A program made the position numbers and the translations under genes. Source: Bugula neritina (taxonomy: Eukaryota > Animalia > Bryozoa). From it: DNA of 64,000 bases. Shown here piece after piece: positions 33,301-46,367 of the stretch (positions within the stretch are counted from its first letter, which is position 1; every line of letters begins with the position of its first letter). Location of the stretch: contig OZ037765.1 of the NCBI GenBank assembly GCA_964035545.1, forward strand, positions 930,001 to 994,000, in the 5' to 3' direction. Under the pieces are notes generated by a model, which was not told where the DNA came from, made no database searches, and saw only the letters and a list, made by a program, of their open reading frames with translations.

Positions 33301-34968
33301 GCAAAACCCACTACCTGCCGGCAATGATACTAGACAAAGGAACAAGGTATCACCTCAAAAAGCAACCTGTGCAAGTTTATATGCACCGAAAAGCTGGCAC
33401 GGAATTGCAAAAAAACACAAGTAATAATTTAAATAAACAGCAAGTGATGACTTAATTCAAGCACCTGAATGGTGGCTGTTTGATGACATCATCAAGTTTG
33501 TGTAGCTTCCCGCAGCCGCACTAGTAGTTGCAGAGTTTTCTAGCCTTAGTGCATTCTGTGCGAGTTGAGATCTTCTATTGTGTTCTGCTAGACGATCTTC
33601 CAGATTTTCATTTACATCTGGCGCACTACTAAGAGGCACAGCAACTGCCAGATCTCTTGGAGGTGGACGGGGAAGAGAGAGAGGAGTTCTGGTGTTGTGA
33701 GTTCCTCCACTATGAGATGGCTGTATCAGCGCAGACCTCTGAACATCTATTCTAGTTCTCTGTTGCTCCTGCTCTCCTTCCTCGCCTTGGGTAGGGGTCA
33801 CGGTCACTCTCGTGTTGTTACCATTCCAACGTACTGTGTGATTGATGTTGCCCCAGGTGAGCGGGCTGACATTGGCAGCAGCTGCATTTGATCTCTCTGC
33901 ATTAGAGACTAAATTTTCTAACCAGTTGATATTACCAACAATGATGTCTTCAGGAGTCTCTAGATCCGTGTTGATGATTGGAGCTACTCTCTCTCTGTTC
34001 TCGTCAGGGAAGTACCAAGGTTCTTCCTCATCTCTTCTCACTCTTCTATTTCTCTGGCGCTGCCGATGTCGTCTGCCGTATCTTCTCCGTTCTCTTCTTC
34101 CATGGTGACCAGACCTCCTAGTTCTGTTCCCATCTTCGTACTCTGCTGTTTGGTCAGTTCTACTTTCACTACAATGATGTCACCCCACGCTGGTTGACTT
34201 ATTCTCATTTATAGAACTCTATCCTCACTAAACCTGAATTTTAGTTGTTTGTCAAAACGTTTTATGTTGTGAATGGTCTCTACTTTCAATTTTAGTGCGT
34301 AAAAAGTTATCAGGTAATTTTATATTATGCAATTAGAAGGGTAAATTTGGTCTACTATATCATATAATTTAGTTACCTAATGCTCACACCTGAGTTTATC
34401 TCGCATAAAATATTAATCTTTTATTGATAAAAAAACTTACTAAGTACAAGAAACTCTACAAAAACCCAGCCTTATGAAGTGAATGATACTTTAACTCAAT
34501 TATAACTATATTTAACAAGTGCTCCTTCACGGTAAACTAAACGCAGTGTCTTTTCTAATTGGCCTATATACCATAAAACTACACAAGCTAATAAAATATT
34601 CTGTTGAAATCTTTTCATTCCAACAATAAAATATAATATATTTGCTTGAAAACGTTTTTGTTTATAGATAATAGTTGTGTTTAACACAGTCACACGGTAA
34701 CACAGTCACATGGTATAACACAGTGATATAGTAATACAGTCACATGATCATGTGACTGCGTTATCATATGTTATATTATCATGTCATTACGATTACGATA
34801 ACGCAGAATATGGTTGCCTCTTTATACTAACCTTTCTTCAACATCTCTACCTCGATCTAATCGGCTACGACTTCTATTTCTCCTACTTTCTCCGGAGATC
34901 TCGTTGCCGACAGCCGTGTCGTACCCGTCACTGTCGCTGTCATAGTCAGACTCTGTGCTCCAGCTCAT
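30371..34968 (-). CDS. 662-aa Arg/Ser/acidic disordered protein with a C-terminal CdiA/Rhs-CT toxin-like (putative BECR RNase) domain
   Basis: Exons 34968-34832, 34168-33465, 33039-32835, 32560-32420, 31948-31820, 31632-31492, 31073-30961, 30789-30371; all GT-AG, 1989 nt in frame. It starts MSWSTESDYDSDSD. The last exon contains TKQYFRRGNFQVALADFRNLQP...GYTG...LTVKQTSSFGKPTFEI...YKIRY. The gene structure is well supported; the domain identity is from recalled motif similarity only. Confidence 0.8.
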
Positions 34969-35315
34969 AACACCTGCAGTAACTTGCTGAACTCTCTTTC
35001 AATTTTTTTAACTTTTGTTTTGTTTCTTTTGCTTTCATATCAGCCTAAAGTTATACCTGCAGAATGTAATGTTTTTTTGCCTTTAAATGTTTTTTGTTAG
35101 AATATTTTAACTTTCATTCACGGAAATTATGTTATTAAATATTTATCAAAATTTAATGCTGATCATAATTTATCAAGTTTTTAAAATAATATTTTATTGC
35201 TTTCTTTAAAATTGGGCATTCTTATTGAAGAAATTTAAGATATGAGTAACTTGTTCAACAAGCTTCATGTAATTTGCTGTTTGTTTAAGGCAGCTAATAT
35301 TATATGTATTAGAAT

Positions 35316-35411
<96 letters not shown>

Positions 35412-35432
35412 TATGCAATATATTATATATAT
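35316..35432. repeat. (TA)n microsatellite
   Basis: Long perfect TA run. Confidence 0.98.
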
Positions 35433-36582
35433 GCAATAGTCAGAGACATTCAAATAGTACCATATAGCTATAACTTTACCTCATATGTCATGTAACTCTT
35501 CAGAAAGAAACTTCATTCAGGGCCAGCCTTTTAATTTTTTTCAAGGTTTATTAACAACTACTGAATATTTCTTTATTATAGCCTTTTCTTATATTGACTA
35601 GTTTATTCATGGTGAAATATTTTAAAGAGTTAAAATGTGTCTAACATTCCAACAGCATTCTTACAATATCAAATAAAATTATGCATATAATTTTTTGTAA
35701 AATAATTCACTTATAATAAAATTTATTTAATGAATTGGAAGCACAGAATTTTTCTACACTGTGTGGACGTATTAGCTGTATTATTTCCTATATAATTTTG
35801 TTTATATAGCTCAGTGAACTAAAAATCATAGTCATGGATGGTTTTACAAGTTTTATTAAACCACTAATTAGCTTGAATAACTATGTCCAGGTTTGAGTTT
35901 GGGTTTGATGTACATCGGTTTTGGTGTAAGCAGCTTTTCTTGTTATGTATAGAACTCATGCCATAGCTTAAATAAAAGTGTAGATCTTAAATAAATGACT
36001 TTCTTGAGAACCCAATATACTATTTGGCAGGTTTTATTATTGATTCTGGGTTGAACTATAGACTGCTTATGCAGCCGAGTTGCAGTAATTTCCATGATAA
36101 CTTGGAAGGTTTATTAGATAGGACTATCTAAATATAAAATGTATATAAATGTAATCTAATAGTATGTTATTATAGCTGCGTAGTTGCTTTTATATAGTGA
36201 CGTTATAGACAGCTAATCATAGACTTTGAGTTGTGGTATTAATGTAGTATATATAACTTCAAGACTTTTTGTAGTCACTGCAGCAAGCAAATTGAAAAAT
36301 AAACATGCTTGAGTTTATCACAATAATGTAAATAACAGATGCCAGTTATCAGTTTATAAGAAGACCTGGCATATATACAAGTTGGCATTTATTTAAATAT
36401 TTATCTAATTTAATTAAAATAGAAATTGGTAATTTAGAGAGGCTTCCTGAGAAATTTCTTATCTTTAGGTAGACTAAGTTTTATATAACATTTGGAAATA
36501 TTATGATAGTGTTACATGATAGTAGCTGCAAGACAAAGCTATGCAAATATATACTAACTAAAAGGTTCGTAATCTGACTGAT

Positions 36583-36714
36583 GATTGGTCAATTTACACA
36601 CCAATTCATCAGCCCACCTGACAATACCACAATAATATAAAACACTAGCATCTATTTGATTGTAACAAATAGCTTCATTTATAGCCATCAACTACATCAG
36701 ATCTAGAATAGCAG
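36583..36714 (+). promoter_or_regulatory. Core promoter and 5'UTR exon of TRIM copy A
   Basis: ATTGG/CCAAT boxes at ~36584 and 36601, TATAAAA at 36636-36642, strong donor CAG|GTAAGC at 36714, and acceptor ttttgcag immediately before ATG 36843. Confidence 0.55.
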
Positions 36715-36842
36715 GTAAGCAGAGTTGATTTTAGAATGTTGTTTCTGGAGTTCCTCAACCCACAACAACAGACTGTACATGTAGTTGAACATGAGTATTG
36801 TATTTATTTAAAGAGAGTTTTATTACCATATCTATTTTGCAG

Positions 36843-39800
36843 ATGTTTGCAACAGCAATGGCTGACTCTAGAATTATCAAAAAGAGGCTAAATGACTCAT
36901 ACAGATGTGGATACTGCAGACAACATTTCAATAGACTTGAAGATCCCAGGACCCTCCCCTGTCTGCATGTCTACTGTATGGGTTGTTTGGTTACAGATAT
37001 TGGCTACAGGAAGACCCATATCCAGTGTGCCTATTGTGGGTGAGTTACTGTCAATCTACAAAAATTCATTCTTTTAAACATATTCCTTAAAGGTTTGCAC
37101 TCATAAGCATGAATATTTGAATGAACTAGAAATTTTAAAGTAGCAATTTGTGCAAGAATTGGATCATAGGGTTTTCCTAAGAAACTGTAGCAGCACCATT
37201 TTTAGCGTATTATTCATTGCAGGTTTGCTAATGCAAGCTTTTTCAATGTAAAATTCGCATAAAATTCAATTTGTTTAAATAAGTGGCACAAGCTATAACA
37301 GGAGTAGTAGGTAAAGATTTCCTAAATACAAGTTCACACAGGCTAGCTAGCTAGGTAGTATAAAGTATTTCCAGTTGGTAAAGCGGTGCACATAAAGTTT
37401 TGAGTTCTCTGCTCAAAAAGTTCCATGCTGACAATATTGAGGAAACGTCACTATATACTAATAATAAACCCCAAAAAATACAATGTCATATATCCAATTA
37501 AATGAGTTGCAATGCAAATATCCAACATGTCAACTGGAACTCTCTCATGTAACTAAGAAAATCTATCCTGTTAAAATGGCACCTGTAAAAATGGTACAGG
37601 TAAAAAAATGAATGGCATAGGTAAAAATGGCATAGGTAAAAATGGCACAGGTAATAATGGCGCAAGTGGCCAAGAAGGTAAAAATAGCACATTTTCAATA
37701 TTAGGGTTTGGGGTAGAAGTTGGGGGTTTGGAATGGGGAGTTTGAGTTTGGGGTTGGAGTTTAACGGTTGGGGGCTTGGGTTGGGAGTTTAGGAAAATTT
37801 AACATCAGTGTGCCATTTCTACCTAATTTTCATTTTTGCCATTCTATAAAACATCACTATGTAAACACAGATGGGTTGAAGTCTTTAGAGATAGTTGATT
37901 TTCCTTTTTTGTAAGCCAGCTAAGTTTATCTGTATCTAATTAAGTTTGTGTATTACATTACATTTTATTGGGTAGTTTTTGCTCATAGCTAAATAAATGA
38001 TATTGAAACACTTCAAACTTATCTCAGCAATATTGCTTGAATTTGCTTTCCTTTACCAAATTATACCACACAGAGGAGCTCGGCAAATCTGTGATCTATG
38101 CTCAAGTTTATTTAACTTCAACAATGAAATAGTTTGTAAACAGTGCTTATCTCAATAATATTTGCAATTTGATACATAAGTTACAGTGAAGCACAAATAT
38201 TTTTTGTAACATATGAAGTGTGACATTTAAAGTAGTTACTAATCTGACAGTTTGTGATAGTTGTCATAGTGACATGCGTATATTGACAATAACTCTAAGC
38301 TGCCTGGTAGTACTAAGGAAGCATGTAAACTGGTTATAAATTATACATACAAAAGTAAGGCATTGTAAACTAGGTATTTAAAAATTAGCTTTCTAACCTG
38401 TCAACATGGCTCTACTGTAAGAATTGTAAGGGTGTCAACTGTTTAGCAATAGGCTTTACCTACTATAACTAAAATAATATTTCAATTCATTCTCAAATTT
38501 TAATTATAAACTCATGTGTAGCCTTGGAAAAAATTTTTGGTTCATAATTTTCTCAAACTCAAAATAAATTCTCAGGTTCTCAAATATCCTTAATATCACT
38601 GCTGCTACTTACTGGAGGTATTAGTTTCTGTCATTTATTATTCTACTACACATAAACCACAGGGTTAAGAGTAATTTAAATTTTCAAAATGAAACTAGCT
38701 GTCAATTTATTTTTAGCCTTGGAATACTTTGGCTTACAGAAAAGTTCTACAGGTTTAAGATGATTAGTAATTGTATTAAATAATAGCAGCTAAGATAAAT
38801 AAAATAAATCAAATTTTTATGAAATGAACTGCACTTTAGCGTAGGTTATAACTTATATAATTATTGCTTACAGGTAGTGACTGTGCCACTAGCTGCCACA
38901 ATTGCCAATCTCCGCCTTTGTCATAAAACATTTTATTTTATTTAATCGAATGACCTGTTTCCAAGTTTGCGGTTTTCCTTCGATGCAACCGTTTCAGAAC
39001 ATTAAATGAAAAATCCATTCAAATAAGCTTGTCAAAACTGCACTACGATTGTTTTGACAGGCAGCGCTATTGCATTTCCATAATATAAAATTATGATAAA
39101 ATGTGAGCTATAATATTATAATAATAACTCTACTTTAGCAAACAAGCTAAACACTACATTTAAGAATTCATGCATTTATGCTTATACTAATTGAGAGGCC
39201 TTTTATTTTAATACAATTACTATCTATTTCAAAACTTTGCCTCCAGTTTACTAGTCCAATGCTAATGCTCTGTATATTCATTTGCCATTAGAACTATGCT
39301 GCGTTAAGTAAGTATTATATTACTATTGTATTACCGAATTAAACTCTCTGATGAGTTCATATATTACAATTGCATATTGGTTATTATAGTAATAAATCCA
39401 ACTACAATATACCTACTAGAAAGGTATTTCGATTTTTCAGCATAGGCGTTTTGCAAGGGTCTGGTTATCCAATTGAATGAAGCATTACAACACATCGTAC
39501 CATTACATGATTATTGTATAACTGCTTACATATATTATGTATTAAGCTACAAAATAATATTATAATGCTAAAGATTTACTCAAGCTTTGTTAGTGGCGTA
39601 GTGGACGTGGGCATACATCATGCTACCCCCAACATTGCCTGTGATATACTCGATTAGCATTCCACGAACTCACACATGGTAGTTAGTAACATTGTGCAAA
39701 ACTACAACAGTGTTATACCCAAGATTGGTCATTCTAAAATACAGATAAGCCAAGTAGGTTGATAAATAAATGGCATTCAAACTTCCAAAATTTTCACTGC

Positions 39801-42800
39801 AGGTAAACAGTATATGTTTTTAATCATAGAATATAATTTATTAGTAACTGGACATGACTGTGAAAGGAAGTATCTTTCTTAAGTTTATTCATAACCTAGT
39901 ATTGTAAAAAATGTTGAGCTTGTGGGAGGAGAAGCAACTGATCACGGAAAGTTTTTCAGTAGTCATAAGAAATAAGACTAAAACATTTAGAAATGTCATG
40001 AGTGGGCAAAAAAGTTTATTAGTAATAATAGCACTGCAATCTAGACTGCCATTTATCTAAAAATAGTATTAGTTTTAGTATAGTATGTGATGTTCAGCAA
40101 GAGTTTAACACCTGCAAGCATTTCATCATGTAGCCTGATAATTATTTAGTAGCCAGAAAGTAATTTAGCTATAATAATATCATATAACGTTTTGCAAAAA
40201 GGAAAAGGAAGCAAAAGCTCTGAATTTGTTGTTCTAATCTTGACTCAAGAGTAATAAACAAGTTTTGCTGTGTAAAATATGTAGCATTTATAACTGTTTG
40301 GTAGACTTTTTATATTAAGATATAAACATTGTTTCTTATCTTCTGACAATATCAAATTGGACCTGTCTAGAATGTTATGCAACAATCAGAATGAATGATA
40401 ATTGCATGCATATAATTATGTTTCCAGTGAGAAATTCCATGACATCACCGATCCCACAGCTCTACCTGTAGCCAAGTTAGGTGATCCAATAGAATATAGA
40501 TCTCCACCCAAACCTGTGCCCATTCCATGTGATGTTTGTGAAGATGGAACAGAAGCTGTAGTGTTCTGTGTCGAGAGTGAGAAGAAGTTGTGTGAACAGC
40601 ATCAGCAGGTAGATCACTATTGGTATAATACAGTATGGTATAGAGCTTTGAACAAGACACACATTTTTAACCAATTATAACTGATAGCTGCCATAACTAT
40701 AGCATATATATCTATGAAACTTGCATAATTTCTGTATATTACATTCAAAATATTTATAACATGGTGCCTTGTATAAACCAGTCCTTGTGGCTGACAGTAT
40801 ATTAGAAAAAAGTACCCCTGGAGTTGCTTAAGCTCTCTGGCTTGAATCCAAACACCTTTTAAATATACTTTTAAGAAAAAGTATTAGTTTCTTCTATTCT
40901 TAAGGTGTGGGCCATGGTACTCTGTTCTGTGCTAAGAAGGGATAAACCCTGAGACAGCTGCTGTACACATATTGATTCATTATTGAATTATGTGCATAGA
41001 ATTTTAATATTGTGGCTTGTGACCAAATAATGTATTTTGTTGTTAGAACCACGAGAAGTGTATGAAGACTTACATGAACACTAGACATCAGTTTATACCC
41101 ATTGATGTCTACACAGCATCTCCACAACGCTATACTACTACTAACTGTGAACATCATGAACATCATCAGCTGATAGAGGCGTGTTCTGAGTGTCACCAGA
41201 GATTCTGTGTTCGGTGTGACTCTAAGAGTGGATGTGGAAATAACGCAGGTACTTTTATAATAATATTTTGTTTCCTTATAAAAAATGAAAAAGATTGGTA
41301 ATAGCAGCAAATCATCTTATCAAGATTTTCTCTGTGCTATAACACCCCACACCAACAGGTTTCTTACAATAATTATGACCAAATGATTTTGGCTGCAAAC
41401 AAACTCGACAATCAGGTTTTTACATAAAATTTCTGGAAATTGACAAACTGACAAACTTGCTATAAAATTCAAATAACAAATTTTCAGCATCTTTTAAATA
41501 GTCCTACGTATTATAGATAAGAAACTGGCGATAAAATGTGCCCATGATTTGGGATGCTTAAATCAATACTGTTTTTAAAGGAAAGGCAACTCTCCACAAC
41601 ATAACGTCACTCTCTAAGCTATCAGATGAAATGAGAAAAAACCTGACTGATAAAATATCTACTTTATCAGAGAAGATTTCAGTGTTGAATGACATGTCAA
41701 AGGATGCCTGGAAAGAATTGAGTGAAATAGAAAAGGATGCTAAGAAGATGATTGCCAGAGTAGATGATATAGCTAATGCTAAGGTAGGCATATATAAACA
41801 ATATTGCAATATATATATATAAATATATATATAAATATATATATAAATATATATATATAATATATATATATATATATCTTTTACCAGATAGAAGAGATCA
41901 AATCTCACTCACAGAAGCTGAAAGAAGAGATACGAGAGTACATGAGAAAGAGTGGTAAGATAGTAGATGAATACAGAATAGACTTAGCTTGGAACAAAAC
42001 ACTAGACAAAGTGACTCTGTTAGATTCTGCACAGCATATGGTTGATGAATTCAATGATGCAGAGATTGTCAAGACTTACAAAAAGACAAGCAAAGATGTG
42101 GAGGCTGCATCAAGCATCAGTATGATTGAGAAATGCTCAGTTTCGCACAAGTTCTTGGTGCCCTCATGTAAGGAAATTGTGTTTTCAAAAATGGTTTAAG
42201 CTTCTAACTTTAAAATTACTCAGAGCTCAGAGCCTTTGAAATAAAGCATGGGGTATCATCTATTAACATTTTTACAAATTTGCTGTGCAAATAAGTTAAA
42301 ATGGTTTGAAGAAGTAGGCAAAGCATTGGAGAAGTTTGGGAAAAGCCTGTGTTCTAGAGCAGAAATTTTGCAAAAGTAGTTATATTCTCATGGGATTTTC
42401 AATCTAGCTCCCCAAATCAAAATTTATAATGACAACATTAAAGAAATTAGGCTATTGAATTTTATCTCTTACTGCACTAAATAGTTTTGAAGTGCTATAT
42501 AGGGAATGACATTCTTTTATTGTGTGTGTTGTGTGTGTGTATATAATATATTGTCTGTTTGTATGAAAATACTACGCATATAACAATTTATTTATTTGTT
42601 ATATAAATATTTTGATCCAATCTTTCTAGATAATGAAATTTTAAAGTGATAGAACAACTATTTCATTTTTGCAGACTGCGAAAATATGCTAAGGTTTAAG
42701 TTGGTTCAGCCACCAGCTTCTTTACAATTTGATGGACTCCCTGCTAGTGGAGTATGTGGGAGAGTTAACATCACAGTTGAAGGAGATTTGATGTGTGAGG

Positions 42801-43929
42801 CACCGAATGGTATACAAGTAAGAAATGCAGATACTCTGAATATCACCAGGACAGTGAGCGACACCAACACTACAGTGTGGTGCGAAATAATTCAGCCCAA
42901 AGATGTGATGGTTGCCAGCTGCTTCAATGAGAAGGAAAAGATAGCTGAAGTCGTCCTTCTTGACCCAAATACTCTACAAAAAACACACTCTCTCTATAAA
43001 AACTTGGTGAATACATTCACCGCTTATAGAATTGCTCATTTCCAAACCATAGTTTATATTTTAGATGTCAGAAAAAAACTTCTGATAGTCTGTACTTTAC
43101 GAAACAATGCAGTAGAGAAGTTCCCTATTTCTGAGATGATGGACCCTCAATCTTTATGCATTCTCCCAGACTCCAATATACTAATAGGAGACTGTACTGA
43201 AAATGGTAAAGTGATTAGATATAAGTTAGACAACTCCAATCTTGTTAAAATATGGGAGTTCCCTGGCATCTCACAACCAACTGGCATGTCATATGATCTT
43301 AACTCTGAGCTCATTTATGTCTGTACCGAAAGAGGACCCCTTTTCATCCTTTCTCTTGAAGGTAAAGCAATAATAGTTTTGTTGTTTTAAACCATTTTAG
43401 GAGGTTAAAGCAAACAATTAAATTAAAGATAATGTTTATCATATAAAAGTTAACTGTAACTTATTATATCACAGCTGGATAAGCATCTGTAGTTTAATAG
43501 TTCTTTCCTTACATCACAAAACTATCTCAAAATAAACCTGAGCAGCTTTAAAAATTGCAATGCATATTTTTAACCGGTATTATTTATTTTTAGTGTACAA
43601 ATTAACCGGTGATTGTAACTTATTTTGCATAAATTAGAAAATAATAAAATAAATGTTTATAATCATTCTTCTCACTTAAAAACATATTAATTATAATGAA
43701 ACATAGTTCATTATTGCAAATATATAATGTCAAGGTCAATTATGTTTTTACTATCCGTTAGCTCAATACTATACTTTGTTATTTATTTCATACAGGTAAA
43801 CATATAGAAAGCATTTCATACGAAAGTCTTGGTGTGAGAGGATGGGTGTGGGACATAGCTGTGTACAGAGACAAAGTGTTTTTAGGATGCAGCTTTCATG
43901 GCCTGAGGAGATACACAATAAAGTATTAA
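36843..43929 (+). CDS. TRIM E3 ubiquitin ligase copy A (RING, B-box x2, coiled coil, NHL-like beta-propeller), 627 aa
   Basis: Exons 36843-37039, 40428-40608, 41047-41248, 41581-41783, 41888-42167, 42675-43361, 43796-43929; 1884 nt. RING CGYC...PRTLPCLHVYCMGC...CAYC; B-box1 CDVC...FCVES..LCEQH; B-box2 CEHH...CSECHQRFCVRC; propeller repeats PQSLCI, PTGMSYD, WDIAV. Confidence 0.92.
37565..37850. mobile_element. Foldback/MITE-like element with inverted aaaatggcacaggt subrepeats and a G-rich telomere-like core
   Basis: The left arm has tandem (g)taaaaatggca(c/t)ag units. The centre has ttagggtttggggt...ttggggtt repeats. The right arm has the inverted tgtgccattt/tttgccatt. No TSD was established. 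Confidence 0.5.
41808..41877. repeat. (TA)-rich microsatellite filling most of TRIM-A intron 4
   Basis: Visible directly. Confidence 0.9.
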
Positions 43930-44320
43930 GCTAATCAACTACAGCTTGTTAATAATCAGCTTAGTGAGGTACTGATGGATAAAATAAATAATATTTGTGA
44001 TCATTGACTGTAAATGCTATCAATATGATAAGTATCTTCATTACAATTCATCAATACACACACCCATAATGTCAAATAATATATTATTAAGTGGTACCTT
44101 ATACACTCTACAGTATAATAATACTTGAGTATAATATATATTCCCCAGGACTTACACTGCACATACAGTACTTGATGTTAGTCTATCATAAGTAATTTGT
44201 GTTATTATATAGAGAAATAATTATTTTTTCTTTGCCTCTGTTTACCAATTAATGAACAAGTTTGAGTTTTCTTATTCATAATCAACTTTTACCTCACTGT
44301 GTGTCTCTACTTTTATTCTA

Positions 44321-44680
44321 TTATATAGCCTTACTCACATATATTATGTAATATATTATGTATTTTATTATATAGCCTTACTCACATATATTATGTAATA
44401 TATTATGTATTTTATTATATAGCCTTACTCACATATATTATGTAATATATTATGTATTTTATTATATAGCCTTACTCACATATATTATGTAATATATTAT
44501 GTATTTTATTATATAGCCTTACTCACATATATTATGTAATATATTATGTATTTTATTATATAACCTTACTCACATATATTATGTAATATATTATGTATTT
44601 TATTACATAGCCTTACTCACATATATTATGTAATATATTATGTATTTTATTATATAGCCTTACTCACATATATTATGTAT
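44321..44680. repeat. 47-nt AT-rich minisatellite, about 7.6 copies
   Basis: Unit ttatatagccttactcacatatattatgtaatatattatgtatttta. Confidence 0.95.
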
Positions 44681-46028
44681 TTGGAAACTATTGAATTGAA
44701 TTGAGAAACACCAAAGAGTGTTAATATAATTTAACCAGCTCTCATTTCAAACCATATTATAGTAATCATACAGGTTCGAGAAATGCTAGTAAAGATCAAC
44801 TGCATATGAACAAGGATGCTATTGCAGCACCACGCAACGTCCAGCTGTCATAATATACCTAAAACAGGTTAACACTTCCTGATTGAATCAGAGTGAAGTT
44901 TGAATTTTAAAGGTGGAGCTTCAATTTATGGATTTAGTTAAAAGACACTTTTAATACAAAATTAAGCACAACAATAATTTATTCAAAAACATGTAGGAGG
45001 CTAATGTGTAGAGAAAAGAAAACCGATTCCAAATTATCGAATGTTATCAAATCTTAGAACCATTTTGGCTCGGAATGCATTGGATCGATAAAAATTCTGA
45101 AGTCATGCAATCAAAATAAATCATCAATCACCAAATATTTGTTAGTTCACAAAGCAAAAGTCAAATAGCAGACCCAGTAGTAGCTCAACTATGAAGTTGT
45201 GTACCCCTAATAGCAGAAAACCCAACTCCTCTTAGTACCTACCACTATTATAAGGCTTACGCTGAAAATACGCAAAGAACCAATTTTAATGCCAAAATTA
45301 GTCTATTATAAGTGCAGATAAGCATATTTTGCTTAACTGGGGTTTATAACTTCTGATTTAGAGTTTGGGTTTGAAGTGTGGTTGCTTTCTTGCGCAGGCA
45401 AACAACCCCTCATGCTACAAATACATGATAGAACTAAAACTATAGTAAAAAACCTGAAACTCTGCACCCAACCATACGCATCACAAACAAGCTTTTACTG
45501 CAAAAAAACATTTTTGTAACAATTATGCAAATAATATGCAAATTTTTGACAACTTTTGATTTATATAAAATTGACGGTATTCGAATAAACTACATGTAGG
45601 TTAAAACTTCCTATAAGTGTTTGTTAAATTTTATAACTGTGCAGGGATGCTCAACACTATTATATAATCACGATTAATAACTTATATAGTGATTATATAA
45701 TATAATAGTTATAATGGTTGTCTATTGCACAGCATAGTACATGGTACACCATAGTCTCAACAAAGATTGAGTTAAGTATATAGCATATACCTGTATAGTG
45801 ATGGTACAGTAAGTATATATAGCATAGCATATACCTGTATAGTGATGAGCAGAAAGTATATTACAGCATACCTAGTTGATAGTATATAAATAATTGCATA
45901 ACCTTGCCGTGACAGAATATAGATATTTTAAATATCTACAACCTGGGAAGATATAAGCTTTCTGCTTAGTTCCATTGGATTGTTAATAATCAGTAATCTA
46001 TATAATCTATAATCTATATTGTCTATAT

Positions 46029-46367
46029 CAGGGGTGTCCAACCTTTTCAAACCAAGGGCCACAGAAATGAAATATTTCATGGCGAAGGCCACATTGTAAG
46101 CTTCAGCTTGTGCTGGGGGCCACAGCATCAGTATTTTTCAAACTACTTTATTCCAAAACTTTATGAATCATTACACAATTAAGTCTCAATAGTTACTGCC
46201 AGCTGCATTTTTTGTGCTATTTGTATAAATAAGGCATTTAAAAGGTGGCTTTTCACTTTAATTCATGTAAACAGTGAAAAATTATTTTAGCTTTATGCCT
46301 TCGAGAGCCACATAAATGTAGGCTGGGGGCCACATCCAGCCCTAAGGCCGCCTGTTGAACAGCCCTG
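46029..46367. mobile_element. hAT (Charlie-like) non-autonomous MITE, 339 bp
   Basis: TIRs CAGGGGTGTCCAAC and GTTGAACAGCCCTG; perfect 8-bp TSD GTCTATAT at 46021-46028 and 46368-46375; internal (g)ggccaca subterminal repeats. Confidence 0.93.

Noticed and set aside
34210-34235. Alternative acceptor (aattcag|g at 34234) for exon 2 of the toxin-like gene
   Set aside because: All three frames hit stop codons within about 30 nt; the acceptor at 34169 gives the open frame.
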